From assembly GCA_028534125.1 (NCBI GenBank), contig CM052817.1, positions 76,572,001 through 76,636,000 on the forward strand: a stretch of DNA of 64,000 nucleotides, written 5' to 3'. Shown here one piece after another: positions 39,691 to 51,507 of this stretch. The position numbers were made by a program, and so were the translations under genes. Each line of letters opens with the position of its first letter. Position 1 is the first letter of the stretch. This DNA is from Lama glama. Lineage: Eukaryota. Under the pieces are notes generated by a model, which made no database searches, was not told the origin of the DNA, and saw only the letters and a list, made by a program, of their open reading frames with translations.

Positions 39691-41364
39691 ACTGCCACAG
39701 CTCTGAAACATTAGGAAGGGATTTTGCATAAGCTTCTATTTGCTTTTTATAATAAACATGTGAAAAGGGTGTTACGTGAAAAAAAAACTCTTCAATATCG
39801 GGCACCAAAAAAAAAAAAAGATTCAGTAAATAATAGCTGTAATTATAACAGGATTTTGGATAAAAAGAGCTAAAATATCATCCCCCAAATAGTATTCCTA
39901 ACCAGTGATGGATTTTTATAGTGTTTATAGTGTTAATATATTAATTTACATTCTCTTCAGTGTCATAATGAAGAGGCTATGATAACCTTTTAATTTGGAA
40001 AAACAGATATGCATTTTTAAGGTAAGACCTCATCTAGCCCCAGTGAGAATTACTCACATAAAAGGCATCTCTCTAACAACAATAAAGTCATTACCCCTAA
40101 TGTCTTAAACTTGAAATATCACAGTGGAGCATGTGCCTTTGGAGGCGGCATTTTGGGTCTAGAAATATTTCACAGTGGTGTGTCAGAGAAGCTTTTTTGT
40201 TGGAAAAACAAAGGACTGTGAATGTGGAGACAATATTGCTGAGCAGATGGAATTCCGGGTAGGTTGGGAAACAAGTTACAGTGGATTTGTAAGTACTCCT
40301 CAAAAAACGTCGTTTCTCCCACCTGCAGATATTTTCTGGAAATGGAAGCACTGTTTACTTCAGATATTTCACTCTAAACAGTCAAGCAAAGAACCTATGA
40401 GAAGCGTGTCCATAGAGGAAAACTGATGCTGCTATTTTTTTCATTACATTTTTTAAAATTACAAATCCATCTTACAAAAAAACATAATTTTCCAAACTAT
40501 TAAATTGAAATTTTTCTCTATCATTTCACTGTTGGTTTCACCATTTAATTCCTATAAGCAAGTCCTTTTCAGGCTCTTTTCAGCCCCTGGCAGTTATGAG
40601 TAGTCAAATAACACGGAATCAGAGCATAAGAAATATGCTCCTGGGGCGAGGCTTGCTACTTCCATCTTTCCGGCAGGTAACATTATTTGCTTTCAGGCTG
40701 CTGAATAGTGTCTAATCGTTTCAGTTAATCTTTTCACTGTACAATCTGTTAAATCCACTAAAGCATCAACTCCCAATTTAAGGGGATACTTGATTAATTG
40801 AGATGACAACAGAATGTCATATGTGGTTAAAGCTTCATTTAAAATTAAGGATGAAGAGAGCTATCTAAGTTCACAGCAGTGATCTGAACATCTTCCTTCC
40901 AGCCTAGAAGTGCCCAGGGTCCATGTTAAAGAATGCTTTGTGATTCAGGCACAGAATCTACCGTAAGCCAAGGACAACTAAATTTCCCAAACGAAAACTT
41001 AAAACACACTATTCCAACACTGCCAGTATCATTCATACAAGTGAACAGAAACTCACTGCTTGAAGAAAATCTGAGAAAGCACAGAACATTTCCTAGTGCC
41101 AACCGGGGCTTCACCTAGATCATCACACACCACAAAGTATTTATATCCCGAGATAGATGATTAGTTTCTTTTTTCGCTTAATTCATAAACGAACTACCTG
41201 CCTTCCTCAATCCTCAACACAATAAAATCAGCAAATGCAAAGCTGTTACTGTTGTTAATAGGAATATAAAAACAAAATTTAGAAAATATGCCAATGCCTC
41301 TTAAAGACCTATTTCTATGTTATAGGAGCAGAAATCCAGCATAAGAAATTAATAATATGAATTT

Positions 41365-41520
41365 GAATAATGGTTAACAAATAAAGTAAGAGTCAATCTT
41401 CTGCTCTGCTATTCACAGCTGTGTGATCTTGAGAAGTCTTCAAACATTCTAAGCCTTGATTTCCACATCACTGAAATGATGTCCATTTAATTTGTCAGTG
41501 TTGCTTTTAAAATTTAGTAA
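41365..41520 (+). mobile_element. MIR
   Basis: ctgctctgctattcacagctgtgtgatcttgagaagtc..ttccacatc. Confidence 0.7.
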
Positions 41521-43822
41521 GTTTTAAAAAAATTCAGTCACATATAAAATATAACTATACATGCTTCTCTTAAATGTAAATGGCAGTGTGTATTACACAC
41601 ACACTCACATACATCTTTCACATATTTGAAGCATTATACAAATTTTAATATAGAGATTTTCCATCACCATGAGGTAATTCAAATATGTTTTCTAGTTTAA
41701 GCAAGTTTTTAACAACAAGCCATTGCAGCCGTAATATGCACAATACTCCCATTACATAGATAAAATGCATTACATACATATGGACTTCAATATATACCAA
41801 TTATCCTCTGAATAAAACATTTATTTTAAGCATTATTGAATTCACTGTAATTTTTCTAATTTTTAAGGGCATGTAAAAATACTGTATTTCCCCTCAAAAG
41901 CAATTCTAAAGAGAATTCCTTCTATTTGGAAAAAAAGAGGGAGGAATTTGAGTAACTTACTGTGAAAAGATAAAATTAAGTTCTTATTAGACAGGTAATG
42001 CCCAGTAAGTTCAAAGCTGAATTTAACATGTATTTCAGCAAAGCACAGAACTCAAACAAACTTTCCAAATAGGTGTGGGTGCTATTTGGCAGCCTTCTCA
42101 TGGTCAGTGTTTGTCACTTTTCTTCTTCGTATCTTTGCATCTCTCAGAGTCTTGTGTGTACCACTGCATTCATATTTGTTGAAGTGAATTGATGTAAACT
42201 TAAATCTTAACAGAAGGCACACTTAATTGCCACCTTTTTCAAAAGTCTTCATATCTCATTATAGACACTAATTCACTGTTCTGACTTGTTTATCATACCC
42301 CTGCCAAATCAAGGACAGGAACCACGATTATTTTACTCACCAGCACAATAGAAGCAACCAGCACAATGAAAAATTGTTATTGATGAATAAATGAACTTAA
42401 CAGTACACTTTTAATTGGTTGACATACACCACACAACATTGAACTCCACTCTCTGGGACTAAAAAATTTGTCAATTTTTCATCAGTGTTTCTCAAAACAA
42501 GAAAAGAAAAAAAAAACTGGCTCCAAGCACTGGACTTCTCTTTAGGAATTCAGTGTGTGGTATCCTAATATTATTGATTTGCTAAGCCCTTTGAAATTTG
42601 AGTGCTTTTGTAAGTAAAAATTGGATCTGATTTCTAAATGTGAAGCTTCAACTAAAATTCTTCATAAATGAAAAAGGCTGTCATTTCTTATGTTACCAGT
42701 GAATTTAAGATACGATATTCATAGCAATAGCTGTCTTTAGAAACAAAAGGAAATATTATATTTTACTGCTGTTGAAAAATTCTTTACAAAATCAATCTAA
42801 AGACACTTCAAAAGGAAGAGGTCAGTGGATAATAATCAACATGCTTTCTCTAAATTTGTTAGCATTGGGGAAAAATAGGAACTGTAGAAAAGAAAAGGTG
42901 AAAAATATGCTTGGGGAAAATTAGCGAGGTGTAAAAGAACTTTAAATTAAATAAAACAATGCTGTGGAATAACATTTATGACTGGTTCTTATCAGCCAGG
43001 GAAAATACTGCTCTCGCATGGTGAGGGTGGTGATGAGTGAGCACCTAGAACAATGTTGGGGGTAAGTGAGCATTTGAGGGTCTTCTCTTTTCTCAGTAGA
43101 TCAATCCCACCTGCTCTGCTTGTCTTAAACATTTCCCCCCACTGTGGCCAAACTCATTCCAGCTTCCCTGAGAGGAAGCTTACGTAAACTTGTCTCCTCA
43201 CCTACCATGAGCCAACCTAATTCCTAGAGCTTGTGTGTCTTTTTCAGGTCACCTCATTGTCTTGCTTTACTACAATTAAGTTTTAGGGTCTGGAAGTATT
43301 CTACCAAGATACAAATACCAGTATAGTCAGATTGGATAAACTCAAATGGCATATCTGATTCATGACACCTACGTACAATTCTCCAAGCAGTGAGGCTGAT
43401 TCTGGTCAGTTTTACATAACATTAGTGGCTTATGTATCTCACACTGACAGAAGCAGTTAACAATTATATGTGTATCTATGCATATGCACACGTATACATA
43501 CGCTATTTCTAACTAAGATTTATATAGTTGTGCAAAATATGCATTTTTTGTTCCCATGCATAATATTCACTTAGTAAGTATTTAGTGAATTTCTATTATG
43601 TTCAAGACATTGTTTTAGGCACTAGAGTTTCAGGAGCAAAATTTTTTTTAAGTTTCAGACCTTGAATAGATAGGAACAACAAAATTAACAATTATAAATC
43701 AAAATAGTAAACATATATTACCAATATATATGTAGATTTATTTTAAGTAAATGTGCCAAGAAATTCATAGATATCTCAAGGCAAATATGCCTCAGAATAA
43801 GATTGATTTTTAACACTATACA

Positions 43823-43888
43823 TAGGTAGGTAGGTAGGTAGATAGATATCTTCATAATACTGAATGTTGACCAACTCCTTCATATATA

Positions 43889-43923
<35 letters not shown>
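43823..43923. repeat. (TAGG)n(TAGA)n and (CA)n microsatellites
   Basis: TAGG/TAGA run at 43823-43847. CA run at 43893-43923. Confidence 0.95.
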
Positions 43924-43925
<2 letters not shown>

Positions 43926-44094
43926 AATAGGTTACTCTTATTTTTTTCTGACACTCTGATTATTGAAGAATATTAGAATAAAAATGACACTCGGTCATTG
44001 AGCCTGTTTACTTGTATTTGCATTATTAGTCTTTTTTCCCAGTCTACAATTTATTTTCAGAAAAGTTTATGCCATTTGTCTATTTCCTGGGATG

Positions 44095-44295
44095 GGTAAC
44101 AAAGATAAAACAAAGATCTGAAATATGCGCTACATTTGGCACAGATAAATTGCAACACGTCGAAATGCTCTGAAGACAGAAGAGACAGGCAAGCCATAAA
44201 TCATGACAGACCTTCCACCGCTGGGTCACCGACAGCAAAAGCCACTGTAGAGGTGTGACCAATCTGACAATAAGCTGTGTCAGGGCACGTGGTGG
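44095..44295. promoter_or_regulatory. Candidate developmental enhancer (PBX-HOX + MEIS + SOX/TCF + GATA + E-box cluster)
   Basis: ccataaatca (TGATTTATGG on the minus strand) at 44194-44203 abuts tgacag at 44204-44209. Also two aacaaag, two agataa, cacgtg at 44286-44291, and six CpGs in ~170 bp. Confidence 0.45.
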
Positions 44296-45326
44296 ACCAT
44301 GAATTTAAAATTGTTTTAGGTCTTTTGTCTTTTGGGGAAAATGAATACTTTTATTAAGATGGTAATTTTCTTTTTACACATGGTAGTGTTTTGACCTCAA
44401 ATACCTGTCAGTCTGCAACTCAGATGAGCTTACAGCTGGACTACTCATGAACTGTGAAGGTAACTATTCCCCGCCCAGGTCAGGGTCATACCTCTTTCCT
44501 TACTCTTACCAGAAAAATAAGTCTGAACAACAGCTCAGTTGTCTCTTTCTGTGCCCCATTGAGGCATTACTCCACATTAGAGATCACTGCCCCAGAGTAG
44601 GCAATATTTATGGTTTTATCATTGCTAGTAGCTTAGTTCCCTTGATATAATCTCCGTATTTATAGACCTACAATGGAGATAATTGCCAGTGGAAGATGCA
44701 GGGTACCGCTAGATCAGGCGGCCCATTTTCATTGCTGATACCTAAAATCTTCAGAATTGATATGATAAACTTTCTCTAAAAAATATTCTATATTTAAATA
44801 AGTAATATAAAGTGAATAAAATTATATTAGTTAAAAATACAGTTCAAAAATGAACCAATACCTGGTTCCAGATCTACCCCTAGTAATTTGAACTTAGATT
44901 ATTTAACCATTCTATAGCTAAAGATCATGGGTCTGCTAAATTATTAAATTTAAACACTTAATTTCTAATTTATCCCCATCTTCCATAGTTTAAGACAGAA
45001 AAATAAGTAAAAATAATTTTAATATAAACTTTTGACTTATTTACTGAAATGCATTAGCTCTAGGAAATTTTAGAAATTTAAATGTGAATATTGTATATAC
45101 AATCACATGTTTCCAAAATATATAAATAACATACAAATAAATAAAAATAGTATCAATGCCTCAAATCACTTTTAATCACTCAAGTCAGTTAAGGTAATTT
45201 ATATTGAATAAAAGCTGCTTTACATGTATAATAATATACTATATATATAATAATATAATCATGCATAATTATTTACAATTGTCCCCCTCACTTACAGTCT
45301 GAAAAATATCCATTTAAAATAAGACA

Positions 45327-47238
45327 CTGGGAAGAGCCTAGCCAAAGTAAGAAGACCCTGAGCTCATCCACTTAGGGGAGACACCAAAATTACAACTATT
45401 CACAGAGCAACTAGTGATGAGAAAAATCAGAATCTAGTGGAGAAGATCTCCCTCAACTAAAGATATAAAGAGACCACAGTGAGACAGGCAGGAGGGGCAG
45501 AGTCATAATATAGTCAAGACACATACCCCGGGTGGGCGACCCACAAAGGGAAGGATAACCCCAATTGTAGAGGTTCTCTCCAAGGAGAAATGGGTCTGAC
45601 TCCCACATCAGGGTGCCTAGCCTGGGATCCAGCATTGGGAAGATAAGCCTCTAGAATGCTTGGCTTTGAAAGCCGGAGGTGCTTACTTTCAGGAGACACA
45701 GAGGGTTGGGGAAAACAGAGACACCACTCTTAAAGGGTGCACACAAAATCTCACACACTATGAGCTCCAAGGTAGAAGCAATAATCTGAAAGGAGCCTGG
45801 GGCAGACCCACATGCTGATCTTGGAGAGGCCCCTGGAAAGGCAAGAGACAAATGGAGCTCTCCATGGGCAAACAGACATTGGTGGCAGCCATCTGGGGGA
45901 GCTGGTCCTACCATGTGGACAATGGTGTTGGCAAGAATCACTTTGGAAACCTTCATCTAGCTTATTAACACTGGGATCTGTCCCAACCTACCAGCTTGTC
46001 GGCACTAGTACTAGGATACCGCACACCAAGAAACTAGCTGGGAGGGGACACAGCCCCACTCACTGGCAGACAGGCTGCCTTCAGACCTCCTGAGCCCACA
46101 GCCACCCCAGGACACAGCTCTCTCCAAAGAGCCCAGGACCCACCCCCATTCACCACTGAATAGGCACTAATCCCAGGACTCCTAGCCCTGCAGCCAGAGA
46201 CCCCGGGAATCAGGTCTGCCCACCCGTAAGCCAGCAGTAGTCCCCGAAAGCCTTGGGCCTTGGCCCACACACCAGCTGAGGCAGACACTAGCTCGGAACC
46301 CCTGGGCCCATGGTCAGAGAGCCCAGGACATGGCTCTGCCTGCCAGTGGGTCAGCAGTAGCCTCAGGACCTGGCTTCACTCATGACAGGGAAGGCACCGG
46401 CCCAGGTGACCAACTGATACCAAAAGAAGACAAAGACATTTAAAACAAGAAAATTACAGGCCAAAAGGAAACCATCCAAAAAAAAAAGAAAAAGAAAAAG
46501 AAAATCAACCTACTGAATGAGAAACAATATTTGTAAATGATAACAATATCCAAAATACAAGCAGCTTATAAAACTCAGTATCAAAAACAAACAACCTGGT
46601 TAAAAATAAGCAAAAGCCTGAATAGACATTTCTTCAAAGACTTACAGATGGCCAAGGGACACATGAAAAGATGCTCACGTTGCTAATCATCAGAGAAATG
46701 CAAATCAAACTCATAATGAGATATCAACTCACCTGTCAGAATGGCTATCGTCAAACAGAACACAACAAAAGTTGGCAATGATGTGGAGAAAAGAGAACTC
46801 TCGTACACCATTAGTGGGAATGTAATTGGTGCAGCCACTATGGAAAATAGTATAGAGGTCCCTCAGAACACTAAAATTAGAACTACTAAGTGATCCAGCA
46901 ATTCTACTGCTGGGGATGTATCTAAAGAAAACCAAAACACTAATCGAAAAGATACATGCACCTCCATGTTCATAGCAGCATTATTTACAATTGCCAAGAC
47001 TGGAAGCAACCTAAGTGTCCACTGACAGATGAGCGGATAAAGATGTCATGTGTATACAATGAAATACTCCTCAGCCATAAAAAGAGAATGAAATCTTGCC
47101 ATTTGCAACAACATGGAGGGATCTACAGAGTATCATGCTTAGGGAAGTCAGTCAGATAAAGACAAATACTTTGTTCTCACTTGTATCTGGACTCAATAAA
47201 TCGAATGCAAATAGCAAACATAAAATAATAATAGTAAT
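45327..47238 (+). mobile_element. Internally deleted LINE-1 (5'UTR, ~50 bp of RT region, ORF2 C-terminus, A-rich tail) with TSD
   Basis: GC-rich L1 5'UTR-like block to ~46410. ORF2 pieces at 46414-46464 and 46465-47190. AATAAA at 47195-47200. TSD aaaataagaca at 45316-45326 and 47239-47249 after a ttt|aaaa site. Confidence 0.88.
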
Positions 47239-47319
47239 AAAATAAGACATTTTGTTCCCATCTGTACTAATCAGTTTTCAACAGAGATAAACATAGGCAC
47301 TTTCCTATTTCTGTATAGA

Positions 47320-47510
47320 TATGATATGTAAGATATGTACATAGATACATACATATATAAAGACGTATAAAAATATGAAAGAAATATACCATGATCAACA
47401 TTGGTTACTTCTGTATGATGTGTTTATGAGTCCATTTTCTCATATCTCCACTCTTTCCTGAACTTTGAAAATTCACAAAATGAGTACACATTGCTTTGGT
47501 ATCTTGAAAG
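47320..47510 (+). mobile_element. Old L1ME-type 3' end
   Basis: gaaagaaatatacc..acattggttacttctg..aaaatgagtacacattgctttggta. Confidence 0.55.
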
Positions 47511-49936
47511 CAAAGGGGGAAAATAAATTAACCAATACGGGCATACAGTCTAGACAAAAGTAAACAAAGAAAGTTTTATCTAAATATAGGATATCTTCCT
47601 ATTTAATTCCAAAACAATTTTACCTCTATTTAAAAGGAGGCAGTGTATCAGATGCTTAGTTTGGTGTTGCATAAAATTGGTTTTCAGATGCAAATACATG
47701 AAAAATCATTCTTCTTTCCTCTTCATACCATTCCAGGCATGTGAAGCAAAGGTTTAAAATATAAATGCTCTGTGGCTAGGCCAAATCTGCATTAACACAA
47801 AAGAGCGTTGTCGGGACTCTAGAAAACTGAAGAATGTATGACCTTCCTAAATACCTTTTTTTAATTGTCAGCACTCTCTAACTGAAGGAAACATGTCCGT
47901 GGGCAAAATTTAGACTAGGATAACGTTTTTAATAACTAAACTATTTTTTTCTTGACAAAAGATAATAAAAATGCAAACTGCAGGTGTATTTTACCATTAT
48001 GTTGCAAAATTAGCCAAAAAAAGTAAATAGCAGAGTATAAACAAATGTACTAAGTTGCCAAAGGCAGGGACGTCACATATGCATGCAATTATGGCAGATA
48101 CAGACACTATCTGTATAAACTTTAATGGTAGGAGTGTTAAGTGAGTTAAGAATATAAAGTAAGAGTAATCATTTGCTCAAGTTTGATAAAGATGCTTTCT
48201 AGAATTATGTAAACATTGAAGCCAAACCAGATTTTTTTTTTTTTTTTTTTTTTTAGCCCCACTTGGCTGCTGGCATTGAGCTCGTTCAATGTGTTACGGG
48301 TCCCACCAACCAACACTGACCAAGATAAGAAACCTATCCAGTGGTTGCTATCTGTACATTTCTAAGCTTGTTTTTGAAATGTGGGCATCCTTCCAGCAAT
48401 CTGTTAGCTTGATCCAGTTACCTATTCAGAACCACATAATATTATCCACTGAGTCTGGCTAATAGAATGCTGGACTACTTGGCTATTTCCCTGGCATTCC
48501 ACTCGGTCCTTCCCAGACTTGACTTTGCAGACTGGAGCCTCTTCCCCACACACCTAAGTTCTGGCTACTGTTCTGCTCCCAGAGGCCTGGCCACCTGGAG
48601 CCATGAGGTATTTACCTTGACTGATTCTAACAGTGAGCACTTAATATTCTCATACAGCTGAATTCCATCCAATGCATTGAATCTGTTTCATCAACATTGG
48701 CTCAAATCAAACCTGAATATGTCAAATCTATCAGGACACTAAATATATTACTCTCAGCTATTCTCTTAGGTGAGTAGTCTTTAAACACAGTCCAGATAAT
48801 TCTGGCTTCCAATACTCCTCCCTTTATTCCACATTTACATATCACCAATAATACAGAATTCTTTAGTGATGAGGCCTTTTGAACTGTGCCGTTAGATTTT
48901 TGTAGAAGAAAAATGAATAGAATTCATCTAATACTAATTATTGTCTCCATATTATAGATTCATTCAAAAGTCACTAGCCTCTCATTAATGATAAAACTGC
49001 TTTTGACCTTATAAGATTGCCAAGTACTTAGGGAAAGAATGAAAAGAAAGTTACCCTTATTTCCTGGTTAACAGAGGTCAAAAAAAATGCTACAGACTAG
49101 AAATGACTTACATTTTTTTCCTTTGATGCTGGGAGTGAAGAGGAGGAGAAATTATCTGTGAAAACTATTGTATTCTGACCATTATAAACCAGGAAGGAGA
49201 GAAAACAGGCTAAGAGCGGTGCAAATATGCTTTTTAGGTTTATTGAGTAACAGCTGAAATATTCTCAACAGGTACAATATAAACATCATGGGTGTTGCCA
49301 TGATTGTGCACATAACACACCTTTTATTTCTACTTTTTAAAGTAAGAAAAAGTTTAAAATATCCATAAGAAATATTGAATCTGAACTATAGGAGTCACAT
49401 GATTGCCACAAAATGTTTTAAATGATTTCACTATACTTCAAAAAATTAGTGAGTAAACCTGAGTCAAAATTGAATTTCTTTCAAAATGTATTATCAAATG
49501 AAATACAAATTAAGAACCACTCATAAAACCACATTAACATATAAAGTGTTTATTTATTAAATATTGTTTGGATATCCGGCTACTATGTGCCAGGGGAATT
49601 TCATCTCTGAGAATAGAGCGTATCAGAGGCCAAGTAGACCAGTCCCTGCCTTCACAGAGCTTACATTCTAGGTCTGAAAAAGAACCTTGTTTGTCTGAAG
49701 AGCACTGAGAAGGCCAGGGGTGCACAACATACTGAACAAGAGGGAAGGAATGCCAAAATGAATTCAGAGAAACAGGCAGGTTCCTAATCAGATGGGGCCT
49801 TGAAGATAAGTTTAGGTTTCACTGTAAATGAAAAATTAAAAAAAAAAAAAAAGATGAAAAGCTTTTAATTATGGAACAAATACTCTGTGAAAGATAATTC
49901 TATCCAATCAATGAAGAATAGATAATGGGACAATTC

Positions 49937-51221
49937 TGTCCATGATGAATTTTACCTGAGCCCTGTGCTCCTGGAAAACAGTGACAGTTAAGAAATCCCC
50001 CTTTTTGATACACCAATCCCACTCCTGGGCATATACTCAGAGAGAACTCTAACTCAAAAAAATACATGCACTCCAATGTTCATAGCAGTACTATTTACAA
50101 TAGTCAAAACATGGAAAAAAACTTAACGTCCACTGACAGATGATTAGATAAAGAAGATATAAGATACACACAAACACACACACACACTGGAATACTACTC
50201 AGCCATAAAAAAGAATAAAATAAAATAATGCCATTTGCTGCAATGTGGATGGACCTGGAGATCATCATTCTAAGTGAAGTGAGCCAAAAAGAGAAAAAAT
50301 AACACATATGATATCACTTATATGTGGACTCTAAAAAGAGAAAAAAAAAGACATAAATGAACTTATTTACAAAACAGAAATACACTCACAGAGAACAAAC
50401 TTATGGTTACCGGGGGGCAGGTGGGCAGAAGTAGTGGGAGGGATAAATTAGGAGTTCTAGATTTGCAGATATTAACTACTATATATAAAATAGATTAACA
50501 AGTTTATACTATATAGCACAAGGGACCATATTCAATATTTTGTACTAAACTATAATGACAAAGAATATGAAAATATATGTATGTATATGTATGACTGAAA
50601 CTTTATGCTGTACACCAGAAACTGACACAACATTGTAAACTGATGATACTCCAATAAAAAAATAAAGTAATAAAGAAATCCCCTATTTTGTGCTCTTGAA
50701 AATGGTTAATACAAAGGAACATCTTTCCCCAGAAGACTTAGGTAAGGCTCACAGATAGCCCACAACTTGTTTACCTCTGACAAGGCCACACACAGACCCT
50801 CCCAATTTCCTTTGCCTTATAAATGATTGGCTGAACTGCTTGCCCCTCTGACCAGTCAGAAAACAATGCTCAGTTTTCTCTCCTTCCTCCAGACTCCTGA
50901 ACTTTGCTGCACCACTAGCCTGAGCCAGCATACACCCTCTCCTGAAAACAGGCTGGCTTCATGATAAAACATTCTCTGATTTACTATCCCATCAAGCCAC
51001 CCTTCCACCCTCCTTCCCCACATTCCATTCCTCCTGGTCTTGTTTACTCCTCTCAAGAAGAAAACCTCTTTAGCCTAATTGCTTAGCTGCTTGCAGAGCT
51101 CACATTCAGAGAGCACTCCCTATTTGTAAGAGTTGCCCTCCCCCCTTGCCCTTTCCCTCTTCCTGCATTCATCCTTCATTCAAAGTCTCTCCTCACCTAA
51201 GTCCAGATTTGTAATTTGACA
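49937..51221 (+). mobile_element. ERV1-class solo LTR (MER4-group) split by L1
   Basis: tgtcc..tttacctgagccctgtgctcctggaaaacag ... aaagtctctcctcacctaagtccagatttgtaatttgaca. TG..CA ends. 4-bp flanks attc / atgc. Confidence 0.75.
50008..50672 (+). mobile_element. 5'-truncated, lineage-specific LINE-1 3' end with TSD
   Basis: ORF2 end (tggatggacctggagatcatcattctaagtgaagt), cetartiodactyl-type 3'UTR (gctgtacaccagaaactgacacaacattgtaaac), aataaa and A tail. TSD aagaaatccccctttttg (49990-50007) / aagaaatcccctattttg (50673-50690). Confidence 0.95.
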
Positions 51222-51410
51222 ATGCACCTGGATAGAATCAGAGAGATAACTTAGGTTATTGATGTCATAAAGATGAGATAAGATAATGGATTTTACTTAC
51301 ATAACTTCAAAGAGCAAGGATAATGAAAACATGTACTAAGAAACACTGAAGGAGAAGCATCTTTGTGAGTCAGAATGAACATCAAGATTATGTCTTGGTC
51401 AGTTAATTTT

Positions 51411-51507
51411 TTTTTTTTAATTTTTAATGGAGGTACTAGGGATTGAACTCAGGACCTTGCACATGCTAAGCATGCACTTACCACTGAGCTACACCCTCAT
51501 CCCCTCA
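51411..51507 (-). mobile_element. tRNA-Ala-derived SINE, Vic-1-like (camelid)
   Basis: Minus strand gagggtgTAGCTCAGTGGtaagtgcatgcttagcatgtgcaaggtcctgaGTTCAATCCctagtacctccattaaaaattaaaaaaaa, with A and B boxes and an A tail. TSD gtcagttaatttt (51398-51410) / gtcagttcatttt (51508-51520). Confidence 0.9.

Noticed and set aside
45453..46288. GC-rich block with several ORFs as a gene promoter or CpG island
   Set aside because: It is the L1 5'UTR of the TSD-bounded element, and CpGs are largely decayed.
48232..48620. T23 run as the tail of a processed pseudogene
   Set aside because: No polyA signal, TSD or recognisable coding remnant on the minus strand; treated as a simple homopolymer.
51411..51507. 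Functional tRNA-Ala gene
   Set aside because: Has an A tail, a TSD, a 5' extension and stem mismatches, so it is a SINE.
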